DNA of 64,000 nucleotides from Campylobacterales bacterium (GTDB lineage: Bacteria; Campylobacterota; Campylobacteria; Campylobacterales; Sulfurimonadaceae): NCBI GenBank assembly GCA_038205935.1, contig JBBRBK010000002.1, forward strand, positions 1-64,000, read 5' to 3'. Positions within the stretch are counted from its first letter, which is position 1. Every line of letters begins with the position of its first letter. Below are positions 1 through 9,779 of this stretch, one piece after another. The notes below the pieces were generated by a model. It searched no databases. It was not told the DNA's origin and saw only the letters and a list, made by a program, of their open reading frames with translations. A program made the translations under genes and the position numbers.

Positions 1-127
1 TAAGTAAACTTAAAAACAATCTAACTTTCGTTAGTTATCTCGTTATCTACTTGCTTAGTTTTCAATGATCTCAAACTAGTCAAACTCTCGTCTGTCAAGG
101 CCTAAACTTTAGGTCTCATCGTTTGTG

Positions 128-163
128 GACGGGAATTATAGGAAAATTTGAAATCAATGTCAA
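128..163 (-). promoter_or_regulatory. Consensus sigma70 promoter with GC-rich discriminator, probably an rRNA operon promoter firing off the left edge
   Basis: Minus strand reads TTGACA (158-163), 17 nt, TATAAT (135-140), then TCCCGTCC. The downstream leader has no ORF and contains GATCATTGAAAACTAA (55-70), resembling rrn boxA/16S processing-stem sequence. It points away from oriC. Confidence 0.75.
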
Positions 164-358
164 GGGGTTTTGGAAAGAATTATGTAATTTCTTTAAAAGA
201 ATTCATTTATTACCTATTTTGTATAATTTCTCTACTACTATATAGGAATTTTTACTCCTCATTAACTATCTGTTCACTATATTGCATTAAATTAATGTTT
301 ATAAACGACGTATACACAACAAACTATATACTATAGTATATGTCGGTAGGAGATTTAA

Positions 359-1066
359 ATGGGATTATATGATAGAGATTATGCAAGATCTACTTCATTC
401 GGTTTTGATACTGCGCGTCGCACTGAAGCGCAAACGGTTTCTTTTGTAAAAGAGACATATAAACTTTTTGCAGCTTCTATGCTTGCTGCAGCTGTGGGAG
501 CATATGTCGGAATTCCTTTTGCTGGAGTTGTAGCGGCAAACTATTGGTTTATTGCTATACCTTGGATGCTTTTTGGAATGTTCGGTCTTAATATGGTAAA
601 AAATAAACCTGGGATCAATATGATCGCTCTTTTTGCTTTCACATTCGCAAGTGGAGTTATCATCACTCCTTTACTTAGCCATATACTTCATATGAATGGC
701 GGTGGAGCCTTAGTTGCAAATGCATTTTTAATGACTTCTGCTCTTTTTGGAGCACTCAGTTTCTTTGCTATTAAGACGACGAAAGATTTTACAACTTTTG
801 CAAAACCCTTGATGATAGCTTTTTTTGTCATCATCACGTTTTCACTGATCAATGTGTTTTTTATCAAAAGCCCAATGATCTTCTTAGTGATTCAAGCGGC
901 GTTTTTACTTATTATAAGTGTGATGGTTATATTTGACACTCAAAACGTCATCAATGGAGCTTATGAAACACCAATGGATGGAGCGATTGCTTTATACTTA
1001 GATTTCTTCAATCTATTTATCACATTACTTCAACTCTTTGGTATCTTTGGTTCAAAAGATGACTAA
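359..1066 (+). CDS. Bax inhibitor-1/YccA family membrane protein
   Basis: About 7 hydrophobic segments; C-terminal 'FDTQNVI...AIALYLDFFNLF' signature; AGGAG RBS. Confidence 0.9.
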   Translation: MGLYDRDYARSTSFGFDTARRTEAQTVSFVKETYKLFAASMLAAAVGAYVGIPFAGVVAANYWFIAIPWMLFGMFGLNMVKNKPGINMIALFAFTFASGVIITPLLSHILHMNGGGALVANAFLMTSALFGALSFFAIKTTKDFTTFAKPLMIAFFVIITFSLINVFFIKSPMIFLVIQAAFLLIISVMVIFDTQNVINGAYETPMDGAIALYLDFFNLFITLLQLFGIFGSKDD

Positions 1067-1457
1067 CAACACTCTTACACCCGAACTTTTTCGGGTGTGT
1101 GATGCTAATCTTAACCGCTTAAAAGAAGGAATCCGCGTCGTGGAAGATATCGCAAGATATAAAGAAAACAACAAAGAGCTCTCACTGCAACTCAAAGAAC
1201 TTCGCCACTTAGCTAAAATAGATGATATGAAACCACTTCTTGATGGAAGAGACAGCATCAATGATGTCTTACGCAAGTCAACTGCTTCTGAAATGAAAAG
1301 AGAAACGCTACAAAGTATTATTACCGCAAACTTTAAACGTGCTCAAGAATCATCTCGTGTACTTGAAGAGATTTACAAACTAGTTGATGCAGAACTTTCT
1401 GAAAACTTCAAACATATACGCTATTCTCTCTACGCTTTGGAGAAAGAGTTTATATAA
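1059..1457 (+). CDS. Stand-alone ThiD2-like domain protein (N-terminal domain of some thiamine-phosphate synthases)
   Basis: 'DANLNRLKEGIRVVED' and 'ANFKRAQESSRVLEE' motifs; start moved to ATG 1059, overlapping the end of the upstream gene. Confidence 0.75.
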   Translation: MTNNTLTPELFRVCDANLNRLKEGIRVVEDIARYKENNKELSLQLKELRHLAKIDDMKPLLDGRDSINDVLRKSTASEMKRETLQSIITANFKRAQESSRVLEEIYKLVDAELSENFKHIRYSLYALEKEFI

Positions 1458-2143
1458 ACGACTTCGAACTCCAGATAGTTTAGAGGATACTCATCCATAA
1501 GCTTTTTTGTTTGCTTATATGTAAGCAGATTACGTCCGCCGCTCACTCCACTTCTTTTAATATAACGAAACATTTCTCTTGTATTTTCAAACTCTAAAGA
1601 GTAAGTAATCTTTTCTACGCTTACACCCATAGGGCACTTCGCATGTAAGTGTTTTTCTGCAAGTTCTTTGAGTGTTTCATATGAGGGAATAATCGAATTT
1701 ATGCCTGCTGTCTTATTAAGCGTTGCAAATGTACCAGAAGTAAAGATTGCCAAAGAAAATGGCAGATCAAATCTTGCGATATCAGAGAAAATTCTTGAGA
1801 GATCATCTGCCCATTGAAGTGCTGAAGCGGAAATGATGTAATCAAACTCTTCTTTTAATAACTCTTCAAAAAGCTCTTTATCGTTAAAATCACCTAGCCT
1901 ACATGTAACGTTTTGTGCTTCTGGATGAAGTGAAAGCATATTGGATGAAAAATCAACTCCGACAAACTTTTCTATTTCCCAATCTATAAGGTTATAGATA
2001 GCGCCGCTTCCACAACCTAAATCTAAAACTTTTTTTGGCTTACATGTAAGGGCACTTATAAGCTTTTTTGCTACCTCAGCTTGAATCTGGTTGAGTTGCT
2101 GATATTTATGTGCATATTTGGAAAACTCTTGATTGACACTCAT
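1430..2143 (-). CDS. bioC: BioC-like SAM-dependent methyltransferase
   Basis: 'FSKYAHKY..IQAEVA', 'VLDLGCGSG', 'SASALQW' motifs; carries a 6-aa repeat-derived insert (LHAKCPMGVS). Confidence 0.7.
   Translation of the reverse strand: MSVNQEFSKYAHKYQQLNQIQAEVAKKLISALTCKPKKVLDLGCGSGAIYNLIDWEIEKFVGVDFSSNMLSLHPEAQNVTCRLGDFNDKELFEELLKEEFDYIISASALQWADDLSRIFSDIARFDLPFSLAIFTSGTFATLNKTAGINSIIPSYETLKELAEKHLHAKCPMGVSVEKITYSLEFENTREMFRYIKRSGVSGGRNLLTYKQTKKLMDEYPLNYLEFEVVYINSFSKA
1620..1649 (-). repeat. 30-bp element: 12-bp palindrome split by an 18-bp insert (copy 1, in frame in bioC)
   Basis: Minus strand CTTACATGCGAAGTGCCCTATGGGTGTAAG; 29/30 identical to 4742-4771. Confidence 0.9.
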
Positions 2144-2928
2144 CGCTTATTTACAACCAATGATATAATAAAAAATCCGATAACACACATAACTATTGTT
2201 GCCCCTGATGGAAGTGAATAGTAGTAAGAAAGTGTCATACCAATGGCCACTGAAGAGAGAGCAAAAGCTAAAGAGATAAGCACTGTCTTTAAAAATCCCT
2301 GTCGATACTGAAGCGCTGCGATACTTGGGATCACCATAAGTGCGCCAATAAGCAAAGTACCCACAACTCTAATAGAAAGAGCAATAATCACTGCCACAAC
2401 GGTCACAAGAAGATAATTGAGCATCTTGACTTTAATGCCGCTCGTGCGAGCCACCTCTTCATCATAAGCGATAAAGAAAAGCTCTTTGGAAAAGCCGAGC
2501 AATAAAACAAGTGAGATAGAGCCAAAGATACCCATCGTAACAAGATCATCCTCATTCACAGCCAAGATAGAACCAAAAAGATAGCTGAACAAAGAGTTGT
2601 TAAATGCGCCTCCAAGGGAGACGATGATGATAGCGAGGGCTAATCCGCCTGAGAGGAAGATGGCTAGGATCGCATCTGAATAGAGATGAAACGAACTTCT
2701 CAAATACTCTATAAGCCACGCGCTAAAGATTGCCATAATAACTGCCATCCAAAGAGGAGAAAGTCCCGCAAAGAGGCCGACAGCAACACCTACAAGAGCA
2801 GAGTGTGCCAAGGTTTCTGTCATCATAGAATAGCGTTTTAAAACCACAAAAGAACCACTAATGGAAGCAAGTGTTGCTATAATAAATCCGGCTAAAAATG
2901 CTCTTTGCATAAAATCGTATTCAAACAT
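2140..2928 (-). CDS. znuB: Zn/Mn ABC transporter permease
   Basis: 'ETLAHSALVGVA', 'SYLFGSIL', 'VVGTLLIGALMVIP' ABC-3 motifs. Confidence 0.9.
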   Translation of the reverse strand: MFEYDFMQRAFLAGFIIATLASISGSFVVLKRYSMMTETLAHSALVGVAVGLFAGLSPLWMAVIMAIFSAWLIEYLRSSFHLYSDAILAIFLSGGLALAIIIVSLGGAFNNSLFSYLFGSILAVNEDDLVTMGIFGSISLVLLLGFSKELFFIAYDEEVARTSGIKVKMLNYLLVTVVAVIIALSIRVVGTLLIGALMVIPSIAALQYRQGFLKTVLISLAFALSSVAIGMTLSYYYSLPSGATIVMCVIGFFIISLVVNKR

Positions 2929-2939
2929 CTCTCTCGCCT

Positions 2940-3704
2940 TTAGTGGTGATGGTGATGATTACTCAGTAAATGGGCATCAACACCATAAAGTCTGCTCATA
3001 TCTTCACAGCTTATCGCTTCTTTTGGATTGTTACATGTAAGGAGTTTACGGTTTACTGTAAAAAGTCTTTGAATATCATCGGCAATCACTCCGATATCGT
3101 GTGTTATAAAGATAATAGTCAGCTTTTCATCCCGATTGAGTTTACGCAAAAGTTCATAAAATCTCTGCTGAGAAGCAACATCAACGCCAGTATTTGGTTC
3201 ATCGAGAATAAGGACTTCCGGTTTTGAAGCAAGTGCTCGAGCTATCATCACTCTTTGTCTTTGTCCGCCTGAAAGTGTGCCTATCATCTTATCTTTGATA
3301 TCTAGCACATCCATTTTTCTTATAGCATCTTCCACACAAGCGGCATCTTCAGCGCTGTATCTTGCAAAAAAACCTCTTTTGGCTGTTCTGCCCATTTTCA
3401 CTACATCCAAAACAGTTGCAGGAAAAGCGGCATCTACATGTGAAGCACGCTGTGGAACATAACCGATTTTATGCCATTCTTTAAACTCAGCAATACTTTT
3501 ACCAAATATCTTGATTGTTCCACTAGTTGGCTTTTCAAGTCCTAAGAGTAAACGGATAAGTGTAGTTTTGCCTCCGCCGTTTGGACCAATGATGGCATCA
3601 TATTCACCTGGAAAAATCTTTAGTGAAAGGGAGTCTAAAATCACTTGAGAGTTGATTTGTAAACTTAGTGATGCAACATCAAAGATAGGCAGTGCAAATT
3701 TCAT
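2940..3704 (-). CDS. znuC: Zn/Mn ABC transporter ATP-binding protein
   Basis: Walker A GPNGGGKT, LSGGQRQR, His-rich tail; ATG at 3704 overlaps the znuA stop (ATGA). Confidence 0.9.
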   Translation of the reverse strand: MKFALPIFDVASLSLQINSQVILDSLSLKIFPGEYDAIIGPNGGGKTTLIRLLLGLEKPTSGTIKIFGKSIAEFKEWHKIGYVPQRASHVDAAFPATVLDVVKMGRTAKRGFFARYSAEDAACVEDAIRKMDVLDIKDKMIGTLSGGQRQRVMIARALASKPEVLILDEPNTGVDVASQQRFYELLRKLNRDEKLTIIFITHDIGVIADDIQRLFTVNRKLLTCNNPKEAISCEDMSRLYGVDAHLLSNHHHHH

Positions 3705-4633
3705 TGACACTCTCTAGCTTTAACTATCTTTCCTAAATTATCGAGCATCAACGAGTAATAACTACTACCATTTTCAGATTCTTTCTTTGTAATATTTGCC
3801 AAAGGATCAAGTACATCTACTTTCACATGTGCATCTGTCGCTATCGCTTTTATGACCTTATCGCTTGCAAAAGATTCAAAAAAGATGGTATTGATATTTT
3901 TTGTTTTTACACTGCTTATGATACTTCCCATAACCTTCGCGCTAGGTTCTGCATCGGGAGAAAGTCCGCTGATTGACTCGACATTAAAATTATATTTTGT
4001 AGCCAAATAGGAAAATGCATTGTGCTCCACAACGATCGTATCACCCTTACATGCAGAAAGCTTTTCTTTATAAAGTCTATCGAGTTCATGAAGCTTTGCT
4101 ATGTAGTTTTCTGCATTTTCTTCATACATGTCTCGATTTTGAGGTGATATTTTAATGAATTTCTCTTTAAAGATATTGGTAACAATAATCATATTATCTA
4201 TATCAAACCAATAGTGCGGATCAAAATCTGAATCATGATGATGTTCATCTTCCTCTGTTGCTGATGCATCTAAAAGCTTCATATAACGGCTCATATCCAA
4301 ACCATTTTTTTGATCTTCAAAGGTGTGTGCCCAAGGCTGAAGTCCCGCACCGCTGTAAACGACAAGCTTCGCGTCATGAACTTTCGCCATGATCTTTGGA
4401 GTCGGTTCAAAACTATGAACATCAACGCCATAAGGCAAGATACAAAAACAATCCATACTCTCACCTGCAACATTTTTCGCCGCATCATAAAGAGCATACG
4501 TGCTTAGAGCGATGAGAGGTTTGGCATCTTTTGTTTGTGCAGCTTCCTGTTTTGGGCTTATTATGAAGCGATAAGATACAAAAGCTCCTAAAAGCAATAC
4601 CAACAAAATCGATAAAGTTTTGAGTGTTTTCAT
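3701..4633 (-). CDS. znuA: Zn/Mn ABC transporter substrate-binding protein
   Basis: 'DVHSFEPTP', His/Asp-rich loop, 'DPHYW', 'HNAFSYL'. Confidence 0.9.
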   Translation of the reverse strand: MKTLKTLSILLVLLLGAFVSYRFIISPKQEAAQTKDAKPLIALSTYALYDAAKNVAGESMDCFCILPYGVDVHSFEPTPKIMAKVHDAKLVVYSGAGLQPWAHTFEDQKNGLDMSRYMKLLDASATEEDEHHHDSDFDPHYWFDIDNMIIVTNIFKEKFIKISPQNRDMYEENAENYIAKLHELDRLYKEKLSACKGDTIVVEHNAFSYLATKYNFNVESISGLSPDAEPSAKVMGSIISSVKTKNINTIFFESFASDKVIKAIATDAHVKVDVLDPLANITKKESENGSSYYSLMLDNLGKIVKARECQ

Positions 4634-4741
4634 ACTATACTCTTTGTGTAAAATTGAGCTGATTATAGCCTATTGTAACTTTAGGTTTTGCATCTGGGAG
4701 TTATTTGGATATAATTCGCAACTTTTTATATTCTATCAGGT

Positions 4742-4771
4742 CTTACATGCGAAGTGCCCTTTGGGTGTAAG
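4742..4771 (+). repeat. 30-bp element (copy 2, secG 5' leader)
   Basis: CTTACATGCGAAGTGCCCTTTGGGTGTAAG, located between a TATAAT (~4710) and the secG RBS. Confidence 0.9.
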
Positions 4772-4794
4772 CCAAAGATAGCAGAGGATTTTAT

Positions 4795-5130
4795 ATGACT
4801 ACAAGCTTTTTGCTTATTGTTCAGATTGTGCTTGTTGTTGCAATCGTTATCGTTGTACTTTTACAAAAAAGTTCTAGTATAGGACTTGGCGCTTATAGTG
4901 GCTCAAATGAGTCTGTTTTTGGTGCAAAAGGACCAGGAAGCTTTTTAGCAAAAGCGACTTTTACTATAGGTTTTCTTTTTCTTTTAAACACTATTGCGCT
5001 TGGTTATTTATACTCTCAAGCAAAAAGTGCATCAGTAGTGGACAGCTTGACTCCAAGCAATATTGTGCAAGCGCCTATGGCTGCACCACTTGAAAACAAC
5101 ACAACAAAAGAGAACAATACTTCTAAATAA
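4795..5130 (+). CDS. secG: Preprotein translocase subunit SecG
   Basis: '[26 protein letters not shown]', two TM helices; secG-frr-pyrE synteny. Confidence 0.95.
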   Translation: MTTSFLLIVQIVLVVAIVIVVLLQKSSSIGLGAYSGSNESVFGAKGPGSFLAKATFTIGFLFLLNTIALGYLYSQAKSASVVDSLTPSNIVQAPMAAPLENNTTKENNTSK

Positions 5131-5160
5131 GTGCGAGATTTTCTCTTGCACTAAACTTTT
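5130..5160 (+). terminator. Probable intrinsic terminator after secG
   Basis: AGTGCGAGA/TCTTGCACT stem followed by a T-rich tract. Confidence 0.55.
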
Positions 5161-5231
5161 CTTTAAAACCAATTCTGCTACAATTTTATTCATCAGACTA
5201 CCTAGTCAATTATCTTCTTAAAGGGACAACA

Positions 5232-5789
5232 ATGTTAGACGAAATATTTAATGAATGTGAAACTAAAATGAAAAAAAGCATCGAGCACTTAATGCACGAT
5301 TTTAAAATGCTTCGTACTGGTAAGGTAACGACACAAGTTTTAGACAATATTAGAATAGACTATTATGGAACGATGACTCCACTTGACCAAGTTGGTTCAG
5401 TACTTGCGACAGATGCGACAACTATCGTTGTAAATCCTTGGGAGAAAAATCTTCTACAACTCATCGACAGTGCTATTTCAAAAGCAAATATTGGTGTAAA
5501 TCCAAACAATGATGGAGTTGTTATTAAACTCTTTTTCCCGCCTATGACAGTGGAACAGCGTCAAGAGAGCGTGAAACATATGAAAGTTTATGGCGAAAAT
5601 GCAAAAGTAGCGGTAAGAAATGATAGACGTGCTGCAAACGACAAGATAAAAAAACATGAAAAAGACAAAGAAGTCACTGCTGATGAATCAAAAGCGGCAC
5701 AAGATAATATCCAAAAACTTACAGACAAAAACATTGCAGAGATAGATAATATTCTCAAAAATAAAGAAGTCGACATATTAAAGGTTTAA
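5232..5789 (+). CDS. frr: Ribosome recycling factor
   Basis: 'LRTGK', 'GVNPNNDG', 'PPMTVEQR', '[10 protein letters not shown]'. Confidence 0.97.
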   Translation: MLDEIFNECETKMKKSIEHLMHDFKMLRTGKVTTQVLDNIRIDYYGTMTPLDQVGSVLATDATTIVVNPWEKNLLQLIDSAISKANIGVNPNNDGVVIKLFFPPMTVEQRQESVKHMKVYGENAKVAVRNDRRAANDKIKKHEKDKEVTADESKAAQDNIQKLTDKNIAEIDNILKNKEVDILKV

Positions 5790-5791
5790 TC

Positions 5792-6400
5792 ATGAACGTC
5801 AAACAAATATATATGGATGCCAATGCTCTTCTCGAGGGGCATTTTAAACTCAGCTCTGGAAACCACTCGGAGTATTATCTTCAGTCTGCAAAAGTTTTGG
5901 AAGATCCTAAAACTGCAAATATGCTAGCAACTGCTCTTGCAAAACAGATAAAAGAAAGTGGCTTAGAAGTAGACACTGTCTGTGCTCCTGCTCTTGGCGG
6001 TTTGATTGCAGGATATGCTCTTGCTCAAGCGCTTGACTGTAGATATATCTTTGCCGAACGCGTCGATGGAGAGATGAGTATCCGTCGTGGTTTTGAAGTG
6101 CATAAAGGTGAAAGAGTCCTTATGTGTGAAGATATCATAACAACAGGCGGCTCTGCTATGGAAGCAGCTCGTGTGGTAGAATCACTTGGCGGAAAGATCG
6201 TAGGTGTTGCAGCTTTGGCAAACCGCGGTTTTTGTAAACGTGAACACAGCGATATAGAAACAAAATCAAACTGTAAACTGCCTCAAGATATCCCATTTTT
6301 TGCACTTGCAGATTTTATATTTGCTATGTACGCACCAGATGAGTGCCCGATGTGTAAACTAGGGAGCGAAGCCATCAAACCTGGTTCAAGAGGAAATTAA
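5792..6400 (+). CDS. pyrE: Orotate phosphoribosyltransferase
   Basis: '[14 protein letters not shown]' and PRPP motif '[11 protein letters not shown]'. Confidence 0.95.
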   Translation: MNVKQIYMDANALLEGHFKLSSGNHSEYYLQSAKVLEDPKTANMLATALAKQIKESGLEVDTVCAPALGGLIAGYALAQALDCRYIFAERVDGEMSIRRGFEVHKGERVLMCEDIITTGGSAMEAARVVESLGGKIVGVAALANRGFCKREHSDIETKSNCKLPQDIPFFALADFIFAMYAPDECPMCKLGSEAIKPGSRGN

Positions 6401-6407
6401 TCTCCTC

Positions 6408-8036
6408 TTAGCCAATCGCCTTTTTGAGTTGACAACTCATAACTCTTTCAACTAAAACTCTAGCCACTTCCACTTTTGAATCCACTATCATCTCTACATG
6501 TAGAGCTTCAAACTTTGCTCTTTCTTCAACTGACACAACTTTTACAATCACGTTGGCGAGTTTACTGCTTTTTGCAAGGGCTTCACAAATAAGAAGATTT
6601 TTATCTACATTATCGAGGGTAATAATTACGATTGAACAATCCTTTACATGTATCGCTTCTAGAATTGAACGTTTTGACATATCTCCAAGATACGCCTCTG
6701 CTCCATTACGAATCGCTTCTTTTACATATTTTGGATTGTTATCTACGACAATATAATCTGATCCATAATGTTCCAAGTGCTGAGCAACCGCTTTACCGAC
6801 AGAGTTGTACCCGCAAACAATAACATGATTTTTTCTCTCTGGAAGATTTGACACTTCAGGAATAGACATATTTTCTTTAAAAAATATTCTTGAAATATCT
6901 CTCACTTTTGCAATAAAAAATGGTGTCACCACCATAGACAAGATAACCACTAACACAAGGAGTTGTGCCATCTCATCTTTAATAATCCCACCCATAGAAG
7001 CGATAGCAAAGATGACAAATGAGAACTCTCCCACTTGAGAAAGAGAAAGCGCAGTTTTCAAAGAGATAGAATTCGTTGATGTAATTCTAATGGCTAAAAA
7101 AGTCACTATTATTTTTATCAATAAAACTGCCGCAAAAACAGCAAAAATGAGAAAAATGTTATCTATAAAAAGAGCTATATTAATCTTCAAACCTACAACA
7201 ATAAAGAATGTTCCTAAGAGCATATCTTTAAAAGGCGCGATATCTGCTTCAACTTTATAGTGAAACTTTGTCTCTGCAATAACCATTCCTACGACAAAAG
7301 CACCAAGTGAATAAGTAAATCCCATATAATGAGCCAAAAATGAGGCACTTGTCACCGCGAATAAAACAGAACCCATAAAAAGTTCATCCAATTCTGCTGT
7401 CGCGGAGAACTGAAGAAGCCAAGTAATAATACGCTTTCCAACGACGAAAAGCAAAAATAATACAACCACGGCACTAAAAAGAGTGTATAAGACAATCGTC
7501 GAAATACTTTCTCCACCGTCATTTGTCAAAATACCGATCAGGATAAGAATCGGGATCACAGCGATATCTTGAAAAATTAAAATCCCCGTAGATCTCTGTC
7601 CATAAGAGGTATGAATGTTTTTAGAGCTTTTTAAGTAAGTTAAAACAACTGCGGTCGAGGACATAGAAAAAGAAAATGCGATGATAAGAGATGTCATAAA
7701 CTCTAAGTGCAAAAAATAAAAAGAGATCGCATAGAGTACAAGAGAGGTAAGACCGACCTGCATCAAGCCATTGCCAAAAATAAGCTGTTTCATAGAGTTC
7801 ATCTTCGCCAAAGAGATCTCCAGACCAATGGTAAACATCAAAAAGACAATTCCAAACTCGCCTATTTGATCTAGCAGATCATGATCTGCATTTGCTCTGA
7901 CCCCAAATGAGTAGCTAATGATTGTGCCGGTAAGTATGTAGCCTATTATCTGAGAAATACCATAGTGTTTTAAAATGATATTGAGCACCGTAGATACACC
8001 CAAAGCAATAGTAATATATAAAATAACGTCTTGCAT
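6408..8036 (-). CDS. CPA2 (KefB/KefC-like) cation:proton antiporter with C-terminal TrkA-N domain
   Basis: 'GIVFLMFTIGLE', 'SSTAVV', 'LIFQDI', 'QVGEFSFV', 'HVIVCGY..VG'. Confidence 0.9.
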   Translation of the reverse strand: MQDVILYITIALGVSTVLNIILKHYGISQIIGYILTGTIISYSFGVRANADHDLLDQIGEFGIVFLMFTIGLEISLAKMNSMKQLIFGNGLMQVGLTSLVLYAISFYFLHLEFMTSLIIAFSFSMSSTAVVLTYLKSSKNIHTSYGQRSTGILIFQDIAVIPILILIGILTNDGGESISTIVLYTLFSAVVVLFLLFVVGKRIITWLLQFSATAELDELFMGSVLFAVTSASFLAHYMGFTYSLGAFVVGMVIAETKFHYKVEADIAPFKDMLLGTFFIVVGLKINIALFIDNIFLIFAVFAAVLLIKIIVTFLAIRITSTNSISLKTALSLSQVGEFSFVIFAIASMGGIIKDEMAQLLVLVVILSMVVTPFFIAKVRDISRIFFKENMSIPEVSNLPERKNHVIVCGYNSVGKAVAQHLEHYGSDYIVVDNNPKYVKEAIRNGAEAYLGDMSKRSILEAIHVKDCSIVIITLDNVDKNLLICEALAKSSKLANVIVKVVSVEERAKFEALHVEMIVDSKVEVARVLVERVMSCQLKKAIG

Positions 8037-8156
8037 TCTACCTCCAAAATAATGGAATAATTATATCAGCATAATATTTATTTAAACCGCTTCCATAGAG
8101 AGTTTTAAGAGATTTTTTACTATAATCGCAATTATCTATTAAGTGAGGTTTACGTG

Positions 8157-9779
8157 ATGACAAAATACATTTTTGTAACTGGAGGGGTTTTAAGTTCCCT
8201 TGGAAAAGGTATTACTGCGGCTAGTATCGGAACGCTACTAAAGCACTGCAACATCAATGTAGGAATGCTAAAAATAGACCCATATATCAACGTCGATCCA
8301 GGGACAATGAGTCCTTTGGAACATGGTGAAGTCTTTGTTACAAAAGATGGCGCTGAGACTGACCTTGACATCGGAAACTATGAAAGATTTTTAGATACTT
8401 CATTTCTAAAATCAAGTAACTTCACAACAGGTCAAGTTTACCTTTCAGTTATCGAACGCGAGAGAAGCGGCGGATATCTTGGTCAGACTATCCAAGTCGT
8501 TCCTCATATCGTTGGTGAAATCGTTAACCGTATCAAAAAAGCGGGCGAGGGCAGAGATGTCCTTATCGTCGAGCTTGGTGGAACTGTCGGAGATATCGAA
8601 GGCTTGCCGTTTATGGAAGCGATCCGTCAGATGAAACATGATGATGAAGTGGAGGGCACTTTCTTTGTTCACGTTGCACTTATCCCGTTCATCAAAGCTG
8701 CAGGAGAACTAAAAAGTAAACCGACTCAGCACTCAGTTCAAGAACTTCGCCGTATCGGTATTACTCCACACATGATCATTGCAAGAAGTGAGAATGCGCT
8801 TCCTAAAACATTTAAGAAAAAACTAGCAATGAGTTGTGACGTTCACACAGACAGCGTTATCGAAGCAGTTGACGCGGCGTCTATTTATGATGTTCCAATG
8901 TCATTTTTAAGACAAAATATTCTCGTACCTATTTCAAAAGAGCTTGGTCTTGGTGAACTCAATCCAGATATGGAAGAATGGGATGATTTAGTTAAAAAGA
9001 TTGTTCAACCAAAAAATCGTATCGTTCTTGGCTTTGTAGGGAAATACTTACAGCTTAAAGAAGCGTACAAATCTTTAACAGAATCTCTTATCCATTCAGG
9101 CGCACACCTTGATACTCGCGTAGAAATCGTATGGGTTGACAGTGAAGAGATAGAAGAAAAGGGCGCTGAGGAACTTTTAGCTGATTGTGACTCTATCCTT
9201 GTTGCCGGCGGTTTTGGTAATCGTGGAATTGAGGGCAAGATCAAAGCGATCGAGTACGCACGTGTCAACAAAATCCCTTACCTCGGTATCTGTCTTGGTA
9301 TGCAACTCACTCTTGTAGAATACGCAAGAAATGTACTTGGATTTGAAGGTGCAAACTCAACTGAATTTGATCCAAATACGCCATATCCGATGATCTACCT
9401 TATAGACAATTTTTTAGATCAAAGCGGAAGTACACAACTTCGTACTCACGTCTCTCCAATGGGCGGAACACTTCGCCTTGGAGAATATCCATGTGACACA
9501 AAAGAGGGCTCGATCTTGCGTAATGCATACAATGGTGAAACAACTATTTATGAGCGTCACCGTCACCGTTATGAAGCAAATCCTACCTACAGAAAAGCGC
9601 TTGAAGATGCAGGTATGATCGTTACAGGCGAGTCAAACGGTCTTATAGAAACCGTAGAGATACAAAGTCATCCGTGGTTCTTGGGCGTTCAGTTTCACCC
9701 AGAATTTACTTCACGCTTGCAAACTCCAAACCCTACGATTTTAGCATTTGTAAAAGCAACCCTTGAGCACATTTCCTAA
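8157..9779 (+). CDS. pyrG: CTP synthase
   Basis: '[17 protein letters not shown]', 'GICLGMQ', 'QFHPEF'. Confidence 0.98.
   Translation: MTKYIFVTGGVLSSLGKGITAASIGTLLKHCNINVGMLKIDPYINVDPGTMSPLEHGEVFVTKDGAETDLDIGNYERFLDTSFLKSSNFTTGQVYLSVIERERSGGYLGQTIQVVPHIVGEIVNRIKKAGEGRDVLIVELGGTVGDIEGLPFMEAIRQMKHDDEVEGTFFVHVALIPFIKAAGELKSKPTQHSVQELRRIGITPHMIIARSENALPKTFKKKLAMSCDVHTDSVIEAVDAASIYDVPMSFLRQNILVPISKELGLGELNPDMEEWDDLVKKIVQPKNRIVLGFVGKYLQLKEAYKSLTESLIHSGAHLDTRVEIVWVDSEEIEEKGAEELLADCDSILVAGGFGNRGIEGKIKAIEYARVNKIPYLGICLGMQLTLVEYARNVLGFEGANSTEFDPNTPYPMIYLIDNFLDQSGSTQLRTHVSPMGGTLRLGEYPCDTKEGSILRNAYNGETTIYERHRHRYEANPTYRKALEDAGMIVTGESNGLIETVEIQSHPWFLGVQFHPEFTSRLQTPNPTILAFVKATLEHIS

Noticed and set aside
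148..336. 62-aa ORF in the track
   Set aside because: Overlaps divergent promoter DNA, has a TTG start and no recognisable features; likely spurious.
2048..2057. AAGGGCACTT overlapping the right end of the palindrome at 2039, matching part of the 18-bp insert
   Set aside because: Only a 10-nt match seen once; could be chance, though worth rechecking genome-wide.
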